DNA of 64,000 nucleotides from Neoechinorhynchus agilis. Taxonomy: Eukaryota; Animalia; Acanthocephala. The notes below the pieces were generated by a model. The model was not told where the DNA came from. It searched no databases and was given only the letters and a program-made list of their open reading frames with translations. The DNA is taken from contig CM121342.1 in NCBI GenBank assembly GCA_051530055.1, positions 3,409,489-3,473,488 of the forward strand, read 5' to 3'. Made by a program: the position numbers and the translations under genes. Positions 1 through 12,050 of this stretch are shown here, one piece after another. Every line of letters starts with the position of its first letter. The first letter of the stretch is position 1.

Positions 1-445
1 CTCACATTGCATGTTCAACATGCTGCCCAAATATTTGAAGATCTTTTTGATCTGAGTTCCTTGCATATCGAGGTTACCCGGCCCCATTTATTTCGTTTTG
101 CGCCTGCTCACTCTCAATCCTTTGCTCTCCAATCGTTGTCGCCAACTCTACAGCAAATTCTTGAGCGTGTCCACGTCCCTAGCTGTGAGCACCAAATCGT
201 CCGCGAATAGTGTCGTCCATGGCGGGTTCATTTCTCTTTCCGCATTTCCTAGGACGTCCATCACGATCGTGAACAAGAATGGGCTCAGGGCCGAACCCTG
301 TTGCAGACCCACGGAGACTCGGAAATAGTCGATGGTTCCGCTGTGGCATCGCACGCAGGTGTAGCATTCTCGATACATCGCTCGGATCGCGGCGACATAA
401 TGTTCGGGACAATTCCTTTTTCTGAGGCATGCCCACACCAAACCT
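1..445 (-). mobile_element. Decayed RTE-clade non-LTR retrotransposon, reverse transcriptase fragment (continues off window)
   Basis: Translates as VGLQQGSALSPFLFTIVMD...LFADDLVL...L*SWRQRLESKGLRVSRRKTK*...FKYLGS, i.e. RT motifs of RTE LINEs with in-frame stops. Confidence 0.88.
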
Positions 446-1041
446 CGAGGGAAAAGGATAAAGTAAGGTAGATTCGTGGTTCAGATTATTTAGAAACGGT
501 CATCCAAAGTCTCCATTATAACGGCACTGCATGTCACTGATCGTAAACTCGACTTAGTGTACAAAGCCTATGCTTTTTCGAGGCAATAAAAAAAGTTAAC
601 GATATTTTACAGGTCATTTCAGGTCAATGGTCTTTCATAGAAAATAACTTAAAGACCGCTTTTTCAGACACATCAGAATATTTCATAACGGAACACCAAC
701 GCTTGAAAGGGCTTTTTCTACAATCGATCGACAGCATTTTATTAAAAATCAATAGAGACTTCTTGTTCGAAGAATGAAATTATGGATGTGCAGTAAAAAG
801 CTTTTTCCAAAAACAATACCTTGGAAATATTATTGCTACCATTAAAATTCGCATTCGATGCCCTACCGTATTGAATGGAAGCTTTGAGCATAACAAAGAA
901 ACGGAACGAAGTACCTTTGGGTCCTCTTAAACACCTGAGTCATGATAAAATAAATGAATTCGGTTTATTGATTTCGGAGTTGATTACGAGTTTGGTCGGG
1001 TTGAAAAAGTTGGTGATTATCGTTTGTAGGAGAATTTGTAA

Positions 1042-1225
1042 GGTAGAGTCTTTCCTTCGGTTCATTTCGATATCCGTGAGAACATTTGGCAGTATGGAAA
1101 ATGGAGTGGAGGAAGAGGGATCTGCGAGGTTGAGGGAGGATTAAAAGAATTGCGATTTCGAGGGTTTTGCTCGTTAGGGGAATAAAATGAGGTAAAAATT
1201 ATGGTGTTGAAATTTAGGAGCGTTT
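1042..1225. repeat. Dispersed purine-rich repeat, copy 1 (copies at ~3699-3845 and ~4122-4180)
   Basis: Near-identical GGTAGAGTCTTTCCTTCGGTTCATTTCGATATCCGTGAGAA...GGAAAATGGAGTGGAGGAAGA block. It shares GAGTCTTTCCTT and GAAAATGGAGTGGAGG with 47.28-47.49 kb, so it is probably PLE-derived. Confidence 0.85.
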
Positions 1226-1543
1226 ATATTGTCTGTTGAAAATCTTACAAGGGTATTATTCGGTGAACGCAAGCGAACTTGAATTTAAGAAAAATCATTT
1301 GTAAACAAGCATCGTCGAGTCCTTATTTATTGGCAATACTTAAAGTAAGGTCAAGTAATTTAAAAATTAAATTTTATTAGAACCGTTAGAAAATCTTGTG
1401 TCCCCTTATCACATATATTGCAATTATTTCATTTTTTGTAAGTCGGGTCAGCCAGGAAAATTGTCAGCCGTGAAAATGGCTACACATAGATATTTAATTT
1501 TATATTTGAGCACTGATTTTGATCAAGCAATAAAAAGGTTTTT

Positions 1544-2359
1544 CTAGAAACAATATCCGGGAAATATTATTCCTACCATTACTGATCTACGGCACATTCC
1601 GTAACACTTGTCATCCAATGAATAACTCAACTCGTTTGTAATATAGAAATTATAGCCTTTTGAAGCCTTCGTAAATCCCTTGGTCATGGCCGTGTTATTC
1701 CGTGAAGTTCCTACTGCTACATTTTCGCTAATAATGCTGCTTTCTATCAATACATTTTGGTAAGGGAGAGTTTTATTTCCCAATTTTCGTATACTATCCA
1801 GAAAATCTTGGATATTAACTTTTCCACCAGTTTGCTGTTCATTCATTGATCGAATATCAGCGATAATTGTTTTCGGCCTAGGCAAAAACGAAATGTGGAA
1901 CTCCTGAAAGTTGACTTGGAAATAGATCGCTACTTCTGTATTCAATCTGCTTAAACTTCTATTCTTAGTCGTTTTCGTTACATAGTCAAAAATTAGCTTC
2001 GGTCTCCGAAAAACTGTTAGCGCATTTTGATTGGATCGTCGAGGTACCCCTTCAAATTTGATTCCGTTAGCGAAATTTAATAAATAAAATACAAGACATC
2101 GCTTTCGATATTCGTCCAGACATGCGAGAATATAAGATTTATCTTTAGCTAAAACATTTTCTTTTATTTTTTCGGTGCCCTCTGAAGCGTCCGCTCGGAC
2201 ACTGTACTCGTCATTGGGCTTTGGCCTGAGGCCGCAACTTACTGTAAATTGTTTCGAGATAGAAGTGAAGTTAGAAAGCTGTTTTTCGCAGTGAGAGTTC
2301 GTTAGCGAAAATCGATGCAACAAAAAAATTGCACTCCGAACAATGATCAAAATAATCAA
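1544..2359 (-). CDS. Hypothetical 271-aa protein with hydrophobic N-terminus (possible signal peptide)
   Basis: Uninterrupted 816-nt ORF in AT-rich DNA; no family recognised. Confidence 0.55.
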   Translation of the reverse strand: MIILIIVRSAIFLLHRFSLTNSHCEKQLSNFTSISKQFTVSCGLRPKPNDEYSVRADASEGTEKIKENVLAKDKSYILACLDEYRKRCLVFYLLNFANGIKFEGVPRRSNQNALTVFRRPKLIFDYVTKTTKNRSLSRLNTEVAIYFQVNFQEFHISFLPRPKTIIADIRSMNEQQTGGKVNIQDFLDSIRKLGNKTLPYQNVLIESSIISENVAVGTSRNNTAMTKGFTKASKGYNFYITNELSYSLDDKCYGMCRRSVMVGIIFPGYCF

Positions 2360-3698
2360 GATTCCATTGATCCGTGGCCTCCGGATGACCGTGGAGGGGG
2401 AAAGATGGATGTTAATTATAAGGTCAGCGATGGGGAAACGTCATGGAGGAGGTGGTTTTAGAGAAATAAGGAAAAGAATTTGTTATCAATTTCAGTCGGT
2501 CCTGAAACCGAGATCGTCAGAGTCGAATATTCCGACGGATTCAGTCGATGATTTTATCAATTCAAGTATAAGAAACCTCAAAAGCGACCGACGGAATTGA
2601 GATAATCGGAGGTGAACATTGTCTCTATCGACTGAGAAAAAGATTAATAATCTAACCGATGGATACGACTAAAGAATTTAAGTGAACAAAAAGTTTTTAA
2701 AAACTTTCACATCTCCGCCTTGGATAACTTAGCTGCCGTCTTTTTTTGTAATGGTCGAAAGGACGAATTCAGCGTTTCTCTGAGATCAGTTTTTTGCGTA
2801 TAACATTAATCCGCAATCGTGGAATACGCAACGCAAACAATTACGTCACTTCGAAAGCATCCATAGGCGAGGGAGGGGCGATAATCTCGTTTTTGTGTTC
2901 GAGATTTCATCTGCGACCTAGAAATTTGCTTCTGTTTTCGCTTAATAGTCCACAAATTCGATGCCAAGAAACGTTTACGCTTTAAATAAGCGATTATCGT
3001 TTTCTTTTCATGATATTCAATAATCGTTGATATAGAAGACGATGTTCAATTGATTCATTTAGTCAAAGATGAGCTTATTGATGGATTTACGGGAAAAACG
3101 ATGTTTACAAATATTCATCGAAAGGTAGACAATTTTTATTTAAGCGCAAATTAATTCTCTTTCGTTTTAAAGAAAGGTCTTAAATTTTCGGCTGAATCAA
3201 TGGGATGCAGATTTCTTAAAGTGATTCTCCATCGCCTTCACAGATACCAAATATTCGTCAAAGGTTTTTCTTCCTTTTGAAAAAATCGTTGACTAACAGA
3301 TCAATCGATTTTGTCGGTTATTGTAAATCACGCAGCTTTCAAAAGGTCAATTCTGAAAGGATTTCATGTTTGCGAATTCGATGAAAAAGACGAAGTGAAA
3401 ATCGAAGAGTTTATGGATTTTCCTGGTAAGGAGAATCAGGGCGATTCAATTTCTGAGGTCCTCAAAACCAATAAACATGACGCAGCGACTCAGACGTTTG
3501 GGCAACGACCATTTAGATTTAAATCTCCTTTGGAGTTAATCAAAAACATTCATGTGAATTATAGAGATTTGAGAAAATTGGATGAGAACGTTTTAGATGC
3601 AGCGGACAGGCGACTGTACGCCATGGTAATGGCGCAGCAGACAAACCAACATGGAATCTATTTTTCTCAAGAATAAATTGTGTAAACGTTTTCTTTAT

Positions 3699-4180
3699 GG
3701 TAGAGTCTTTCCTTCGGTTCATTTCGATATCCGTGAGAAGATTTGGCAGTATGGAAAATGGAGTGGAGGAAGATGGATCTGCGAGATTGAGGGAGGATGA
3801 AAAGAATTGCGATTTTGAGTATTTTACACGTTAGGGGAATAAATTATGTAAATGCTTTTTTTGGCGTAAGATAGCCGTTAAATTTTATCCAAGGTTGCTT
3901 TCGAGTGGTTTTCAATTTTTATTAATTGCGAATTTTTACCGCCAGAATTTAAAAGGATATCTCATGGAAAAATTCCCGCGCTGGAACCCAACAAATTCAG
4001 GGAGGGTTAATATACTTATTAGTCGAAGTAAAAGACCGAAAATATTTTATGAAGTTGGGTTTCTTGTCTTTATGACTTGGTCTCTAAAACGAACGATGAT
4101 TTTAGCAACTAAAAATCGGTCGTGCTCGTGAGGGGAATAAAATTAGGTAAAAATTATGGTTGTGAAATTTGGTAGCGTTT
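3699..4180. repeat. Dispersed purine-rich repeat, copy 2, split by ~270 bp of unrelated sequence
   Basis: 3699-3845 matches 1042-1190; 4122-4180 matches 1165-1225. Confidence 0.8.
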
Positions 4181-4428
4181 TTATTGTTTTTTTAGCGCAA
4201 AAAATAGAACAGAAAAAGATCAATAAAAAGGCAGTCAAATAATCGATCAATAGAACATCAGGAGAAAGTACACATGAAGAGGATATGGTGTAAATATTAA
4301 AAATATTTGTTATGAACATAATCCCCTGGTTAAGGATTCATTTTATCCTTATAATAAATCAATCTTTAGACTTCTTTACGATTGCATCAAAATCCGTTAA
4401 AAAAACACGAAACATACTTTTTTGAAGC

Positions 4429-5942
4429 CTATGCAAAATCACGCTGTTGACTCCTGACTAATCCATACAAGGCCACCTTCATCCCAATCATAATAAGTGC
4501 AGTTGAAGTCGTCAAATTTACAGCAAATGTCATTTCTTCACTCATTGAATTATAGCAACCGGAGCTGTGAGTACATAAGTGACTGAGCCGTCGTAGAAAA
4601 GAAGAATCGAATTCGTGTCTAGAATATACGTCGCAACATTTATAAGAGCGCTCGATTGCCATGAACATTTCAAGATCCGGTTGATGGTTGAATGAGAACA
4701 GCCTTAAGTCACCGTGCCGAATCTGACTGATTAAAACCCAATTAAACTTGAGTTATTTTGTGTTTAGACGGGTTTTGCGTTTATTTAGTGTTGCGATTAA
4801 ATCAGAATAAACAATTAAAAGTTTTGCGCTATTGTGTACAAAAAAATGGAATTAAATAAAACTAAATCTTTATAAATTCCATCAGGCGTAAATCTAGGAT
4901 CGAATGAAGTTTAAACAAGAGGTATTTTTCCATTCCGATTTCTTTTAAAATTGAAATATGCCTACAATTGTTGGCCTAAAATAATGATAGTCGATTTAGT
5001 ATTAAAAACGTGAAAGCGCAATGGGTTTAATTGTAGATATTTCGATTTATTTTTAGTACCATTTTTTTGCTGTTTCCAGGACTTATTTAAAGTTAGAAAT
5101 GTTTTTCCTTCCATTTTAGTTGTAACTACCAAGAAAATATTTAGGTATGAAATATTTTACTTCTATTTGTGGATACTCGAAGTTTTGTTAAGAAGTCAGA
5201 GCAATCAAGACCGCTTAATTTGTACTTTATATTCTCTTCATTAGGTGTTAGAACAACATCTCAAAGTTTTTTTTAGAAAAAAATAGCTAGTCAACTTTAT
5301 GTACACGATTTAATATTTCAAACGGTTCAGAATATCGAGTAGATTTGTAGTGAAGAGCAAGAACGAAATATCGGCAACGCTCAAAAAAAGCCTGACGTTA
5401 TTAAATCATACGATTTGTAGGCTTTAAAATAGTGTAGCAAAAGAGTTCCCTAGTCGACCCAATTCACCAGATTCGGCAATTTTAAGAAGACTATCAAGAA
5501 TTGCTTTCTTAAGCCACGGTCTGACTATTTGGATAACGCCAACGACAGATAGGTCAAGCATGAGAGTGATTATACAAGACAATTGATAATTCTTCATAAA
5601 TGTCCAGCCTGGTTTTAAACATGCGGCCGTTGCACATATGGACGAGAACATGGTTGCTATGGTAACCAAGTAATAGGCCACAAGAGTAATCCACTGAAAC
5701 GCAACGTATCTTCGGCATAAAAGTCGGAATCCATGGTTCCAACTGCGGAATTCTCCATTACTTTGATTCCGCCTACTGTAAAAGAACGGCAAGAGGATCA
5801 ATATGTAGGCAAGTGTAATTTGATATCCGGATATAAGGATGGTGCAACATCGGATGACTCTTTTGATTTTAGTTGCCAATCTTTTTGATTTCCAAAGATC
5901 GGCTTCCGTTTTGTTGATAGATTGATTTCGTTTAAGGTGCAT
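4429..5942 (-). CDS. Divergent tetraspanin-like protein (spliced; exon boundaries uncertain)
   Basis: 5424-5942 encodes three hydrophobic helices (SICATAACLKPGW resembles the LGCCGA region) with a GTGAAT donor at 5467. 4429-4700 encodes YKCCD...C...GCY followed by a TM4-like segment. Confidence 0.55.
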
Positions 5943-7134
5943 TGCTCTGTCTTTGAAGACTACGAGCTCTTCATCTCACACCTATTTTATTCCAATTTAG
6001 TCACGTCTTTCCTGGTGTTTGGGGCGTTTGGAAGCACACATACACTCTAAATTTTTGTCGCCAACCGTGAGGGCAAAGAAAACACGGTCTGAGGCATATG
6101 ATTAGTAGTGAAAAGTCGGCTTTCATGAAGATATACAACATCGTTTCCGAATCAATAACTTGGCATTTGTCTAAGAATGCGAAAAGTCCAATGTCTGAAT
6201 CCAAATCTGACACAAGAAACAGCATAACGGGCATTGCTCGGTTCCATTGTAATCTAAAAAGAAAAAGGTATTTTGCATAAGCTGATGTTAAAGAGATGAT
6301 GGACGTTGAAGCCAAAATTAGAAACCGTACAGAGAAGCTCCAACAATCTTACCTCGAACGTTTAAACGTGCCAGAAATGTCAACTGCAAGATGATCCATA
6401 CGCAAGAGTGTCTTTAGTGTAGTCGTGAACATTTAGTGTGGCGATGTGGAATAATCAAAAAAATCATTCAGGCGGAATTAAACAGTAGTCGCTTTAATCA
6501 AGTCTTTTTTAAACTGATTTGTTACGCTATTTAGTGAGAAAAAAACGCAAAATACTGATTAACGAATTTTACGGTAGATGTTTTTGTCTAAAAGTGCATT
6601 CAGTTGTCGCAAATTTACATAATGGCGTTATATTGGGAGAGGGGAGGCGCATTAACAAGCCACGCCCGAGACCTTTTTTTGACAAAGTGCGATCGGTCAA
6701 ACATCAATAATAACTGATATTTTCTTACCTTTGCTAAAGAAATCCATACCGTTAAATTTGAGTCAACCCATTTAAAGCATCCACTTCTACCTATTTGGCA
6801 ACTTAATAAATTTTTATTATACGGATACCATTAAAAGATTCAAAGCTGAATTCGTAATTTTCAAACACCAAATAAATAATCCTCCAAAAAAAGCAGTCTC
6901 AGCGAATCACAATATTTAGTCGAAAAGTGTCCTCGGACCTTCAATATGAAAAATGGCATAAACTAACAGATTATTTCAATATAATTCTAAAAACGTACAC
7001 CAAGTGGTTCGTTTTAATGTTGCAGGTATCCAGGAGATTGTGCCGAAAACAATCGGATTTAACCAAAATTCCTTTAATTTTTACACGCTATAAACATCCG
7101 AACAGTTCAATGTTCAAAAAATTTGAGTTTTCGA

Positions 7135-7290
7135 TTATTGTTTAGGCGTTTTCACCTCGTAAATGGTTATTTACTAAAGACATTCTGCGAACTTCGTCGT
7201 TTTCATCATCAGTTTGTCAGTTGGTGTCGACTTCTAAACAATAATTCCAATCACATTTACCGGCACCTCCTCACATATCAACATTTGAGT
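7135..7290. mobile_element. Family B hammerhead-like dispersed element (other copies ~12500-12600, 25865-26000, 36105-36210, 53030-53170)
   Basis: Shared TTCACC..GTAAAT..AAGAC..TCATCATCAGTTTG core. A terminal module TGTCGATA(C/G)GTGAGGTACCGG..AATGTGATTGGAATTATTG occurs on the left (25865, 53030) or inverted on the right (7235-7290, 36170-36210). Confidence 0.75.
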
Positions 7291-7735
7291 TTTGAGCCCA
7301 AATATGGCATTCAGACTATTTTTAGCGTTTAAAACGATATTCGCCGATCAATTAAGACAAGACGTGGTGTTAATTAATAAGTTTTTTCTTTATAAGGATT
7401 TTTGTGATCGAGTTAAAAATCGAGAAACGGTCTTAATCTGATAAAAATGTAATAATTTAATAACAATATCGAATTCAAGAATTTGAATGCAAAACATCAA
7501 CAGAATTTATTCTACCCAAAAGATTCCTGAATTTGTTTCACAAGAATGCATAAGATTGTTATTGCTCTAACGAAAATCAAACAAAACTAAAAGCCAAAAA
7601 ACTTAAAACGTACAGAAATGTTCACGTTAAAAACTGAAGGACCCTCTCCGCTCCATGAATGTAAAGAGCTTGTTGTCGCTTCCAGAAGAGTACAATACTT
7701 CGAGAAGTTCCTTGAAATAAGCTTCGTATAAATTT

Positions 7736-7925
7736 TTATTTGTCGATAGGAGAAAATAAATGAAATTAAGATTTTATTGGATATTCCGATCCCCTATCTC
7801 GGATCTTCTTCAGCGATTGTTTGCAAGTTTTTTCAGTTGCAAACAATCGCTGAAGAAGATCCGAGATAGGGGATCGAAACATCCAATAAAATCTTAATTT
7901 CATTTTTTCTCCTGTCGACAAATAA
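7736..7925. mobile_element. Family A fold-back element with two inverted hammerhead motifs
   Basis: ~90-bp arms (ATTTGTCGATAGGAG...CTCCTGTCGACAAAT). The + arm reads CTGAAGA-A-GATCC-gagatagg-GGATC-GAAACATC; the - arm has GGAATATC. Confidence 0.9.
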
Positions 7926-9193
7926 CAATGGGTGAACCTACGTTTCGAAGTCTTTATTAATATTTAAAAAACATATCCAAATTCATATCGAGAAAAAATC
8001 CATCGGAATGGTAAACTTTGACTTGTGTATGGCGAATATATTCGTCCGGTTAAAAATCAATTTATTATTAGGAAATATTTCGAACCGCATAGAAGAAACC
8101 TTGCTTCTTTAATCATTTAAAAGGATTTTTGGTTATTGTTGCAATGATTTTTAACCGAAAGAGTATCTTCACCACAATTGTAAATATGCAAATTCGATTG
8201 AAGTTTTGATCGATGAAATTCCCGTTTTTGAACATTATTCTTCCTTGCTCTTGTCGGCGTCCTTTTTGAAAAATGAGGAACTTCTCTAAAGACGATAGGT
8301 TAAACGTCCAACATTTCGACAAGGCACTTTTGGTCAGTTGTTAATGTTTACGTGTTTTTTTTGTCGCTGTGCCGTTGTATCTATCAATGCTTAGAGATCA
8401 ATAAATCCCATTGGAAATTGAAAAACCGTCTTTTTTTATTGTATCAATATTTCCTCTATATGATATCTTAAATAGAACTGGTAGCTTCATCAATATATCA
8501 TCAACTCATGGGTACTGTCGTTAGAATCGGGAGCAGTGGAATGTTCATCATATTTAGAATTTAAGTTTCCTATGCATGAACCATTTACGGCTTGGAATCC
8601 CTTTAAAATGATTTGTAGAGCAGCATCCATATCCGAACGGTTAAAACTACCAAATTCCGGTTTGGATAAAAATAAACCAAGAAACTTTATTGTTATTATA
8701 TATTTCCTTTCCATGTAAATGTAGTCATGGTAATCGCAGCTACTCAGTGTTTTTAAATAATGTTATAAGTTTAAGAAATAACCTTATTTTTTTATTTACA
8801 GTTATATCTTATTGTACGCCGTACTAAATAGTAGCTTTAAATGTGTGATTTCTGATTAAGTCCAGAGTAGATCGCGTGGCAAATAGGCTCCTCCTATTTA
8901 CTAATAAAATCTTAGTACAATTATTAAATATTCTTTAGCATTTACAATGCTATCCTTAGATAGATAAGGAATACAAGTTAAATCCACGCTTTTGCATGAT
9001 TTGAGGTTAAATATTTTCAAGCTCTTGATAGTTTCCCCCCCCCAATAAGTTCATTGCCGACTATGCATCCCTGAATTTGATTTAAATCTGGATTCTTTGT
9101 TCATTTAAATGGAATATCCACAGTGCTTGTATGTAAAGATTTATTTTTTAATCACTTCTCCGTCGTGGCACTTAAATCAATTTCAGAAAGCCA

Positions 9194-10517
9194 ATGAACG
9201 ATATAGATCATACGAGCGGACGAAAGCTGCGAGCAGTAACCCTGAATATCTGGGGAATACCAGTAATCAGTGCATTGCGATCCTTCAGACTCCAGGCTAT
9301 CGATAAAGCACTGTCCGAGCTTTCCTGTGACATTGTTGCCCTTCAAGAAGTCTGGATGCTCAATGATTTTAAGTTTTTTAAAGAAAGTCTCAAAAAATGC
9401 GGTCTTCGATATTCACATTATTTCCATAGCGGTCTTCTTGGAAGTGGATGCTGTCTATTTTCCAGATACAAAATCCTTCATAGTTATCAACACAAATTTA
9501 CACTTAACGGTCTACCTCATAAGCTCCATCATGGTGACTTCTACGCTGGTAAAATGATAGGTTTCTGTGAGATTGAACTTGATTGCGGTCTATTCCTCAA
9601 ATGTTATGTAACTCATTTACATGCGAATTAGTTGACCATTCGGTTTTCTTTAATGGATCGATTTGATTTAAATCGTTTGATCATACACTCTAGCGATCAC
9701 GGTGATACAAAGAACCATCGCGCTTATACTCTTCACAGGATTACACAAGCCTATGAGCTGGTTCAATTTGTACAGAATACAAGTTCAAACGAACCACTAA
9801 TTTTAATGGGTGATCTAAATTGTGATCCGTGCTCCATCGACTATAAAATCATTCGGGAAATGCTTAATTTAAAGAATCGGGATTTTTTTGAAATTAACAT
9901 CTAAATCTCGATTAATAAAGTGTGCATTTCAAAGCCGCATAGTAAGAAGTGGATTAAATAACGACGTAAACTGTTTTACCTGTGATGTTCCTTCAAACTG
10001 TTTTACATCAAAAAACGCTTCTCCTTCTCAAATAGACCATATCCTTTATAGAGGAACGGAGGAGATATTTTTGTCTTCAATTGAATGCTACACAACGATG
10101 GGAACCATTTCAAACGAAACCACAACTTACAGAGGAAAGCAATGTTGTTATTCTGATCATCAAGCAGTTTATGCAGTCCTCGCAGTCGAAAAAGGCAAAT
10201 CCTCGTTGGAGATTTGTCCGTCCTCTGAAAAGTTTTCTCTTCTATGTGATCTGAAACGCGTTTTCACTGCCGGTTTAGAAGATACCAGATCAAATCAGTG
10301 GTATTACATAAGAGCAGTTCTGATTCTGATGATCGTTTCCCGATTTGCTTATAAGGTTCAAGGAGTCGGAGTGCCGCTTTGTTTCTCGTTGACAGTAATC
10401 ATCAGTTTCTTGTTGTGGCAAGCAACTTTCGGACAACAATACGAACGCATAGCTCTAACGAGTATGCTGGCAAGCATTGAGCATGAGTTGGAAATACCAA
10501 CAGAACCAATTTCTTAA
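9194..10517 (+). CDS. SMPD2: Neutral sphingomyelinase (EEP/DNase I-like fold, C-terminal TM helices)
   Basis: Motifs TLNIWG, LQEVW, YFHSGLLGSG, HHGDFYAGK, THLHA, MGDLN, IDHILY, SDHQAV. GT-AG intron ~9631-9693. Unexplained frameshift near 9885. Confidence 0.9.
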
Positions 10518-11696
10518 AGATAAACTCTCTGTCTCTCGATATTTGTATCAATCGTCACGATGAAATCATGAGAAAGTTTGTCATTCACCACATTTCCAAA
10601 CCATGTAGCTAAGACGATTTTTTACTTAAATTCGGATGCAACAACGTCAATCGGCCTTTAACCAAAGTCCTTCAACTAAAATCAATAATCCAGGTTATTG
10701 CGTCCCGAGTCCTCGGCTTTTGGCATAAGGCCACGGCGTAAAGCCGGCGAGACTTCATTTTGAGAATCCGGAGGCATTCGTACAAACTCTCTAAGTGATT
10801 CAATAACTTCTCTGATGTAAGAGTTCGGTGTGGCTTTATGCCAAAAAGTCGAGGAAGGGATCTAATAACCTGAATGAAAAATACCCGACTTGCCAGTAAC
10901 ACTTAAGAATTAAAAATCAGTAAGTTAATATCTCCAAGATATTTATCTAAATAAAATCTGTGTGATTATTAAAAAAACAATTACTCGTGATTAATTTTCA
11001 AATCAACAAGTTCTCTTTGGAGTTTGATGGCCGTTACAAAGTCGTCCCAGTGCATGAAAAGTAAAAGTGCCGTGATTTATGCTGTAAATCGTTTGGATCT
11101 ATCAATTTTACATATTGTGAAATAACTGATAAATATTGAAAATAATGAAATTTGCCACAGTATTCCTCGCGCAAGGACACCATTGTTAATCATCTGAATA
11201 TGCTGGCATGAAAAAACCATGATTTTATCGATAAATTCGAAATCTGAGTGAGCGTTTAAGAATGTGATTTTCGTTGGTTATTCATAAAATTAATAATTTG
11301 CGTTCGGTTCGTAAAAATTTCATTAGATTATATATAAACATTCGGATTAAATGCAGTAACGGAAATCAATGTGGATTCAAAAATTAAAATGATTTTATCA
11401 TGAGACAAATTATCCTACAAAAATCATACGGTACAATCAAATTCACTAGTTTAGATTTGATCAAGTGTTAACAATGATAAAGTTTGCTGTAAAAAACGTC
11501 TTTGCAAGCGAACTTTCCACTACGTCGATTATTTCCACTAATAAGAAAAACTGCCATGGTAAACCGATTTATTATTGCAATCACGAAATCACTTTTGATG
11601 CGTTTTATGAGTAAATTTGTGAATTGCTTGCCTCAACAACATTATGCCACTAAATTTATTGTACTAAAGCTTGTTCTAAGCGAAGTAGGACACAAT

Positions 11697-12050
11697 TCAA
11701 TAGTGTCCATAACCTCCGTATCCTCTAAATCCTCCATATCCTCCACAGCATCCACCGCCAAACGCCAATAGGAGTGGAAATAGCAGTAGGAATGGAATAA
11801 AAAACCACCGTTTCCCATCGACGACCTTTTTTGGTATACGTTCGTCCTCCATAATTTTCTTCAACATTTCAGCTGGAAGTTCTGTTTCCTCAATCCACTG
11901 AGGCTTTACTGCGACCCCGATTTGAGCAACGGATTTATCTGGCACCGTTGTATTGGTATCGTCGATGACAATTAAAGATTCGGGGATCTTCGGTTCGTCA
12001 CAGAACGCGAATGTAGCGAAGATGGCGACAAAGATTAAGATCAGTTGCAT
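11697..12050 (-). CDS. Secreted prepro-peptide: signal peptide, acidic pro-region, KR site, hydrophobic and Gly/Tyr-rich mature peptide
   Basis: MQLILIFVAIFATFAFC...DGKR|WFFIPFLLLFPLLLAFGGGCCGGYGGFRGYGGYGHY; single exon. Confidence 0.8.
   Translation of the reverse strand: MQLILIFVAIFATFAFCDEPKIPESLIVIDDTNTTVPDKSVAQIGVAVKPQWIEETELPAEMLKKIMEDERIPKKVVDGKRWFFIPFLLLFPLLLAFGGGCCGGYGGFRGYGGYGHY

Noticed and set aside
2485-2525. Minus-strand CTGACGA with a TCGGT/ACCGA hairpin and GAAA
   Set aside because: The closing pair of stem II is mismatched and there is no NUH or stem I; probably chance.
2960-3676. Possible spliced gene including the 121-aa ORF at 3311-3676
   Set aside because: No recognisable domain and no reliable start or exon chain could be assembled.
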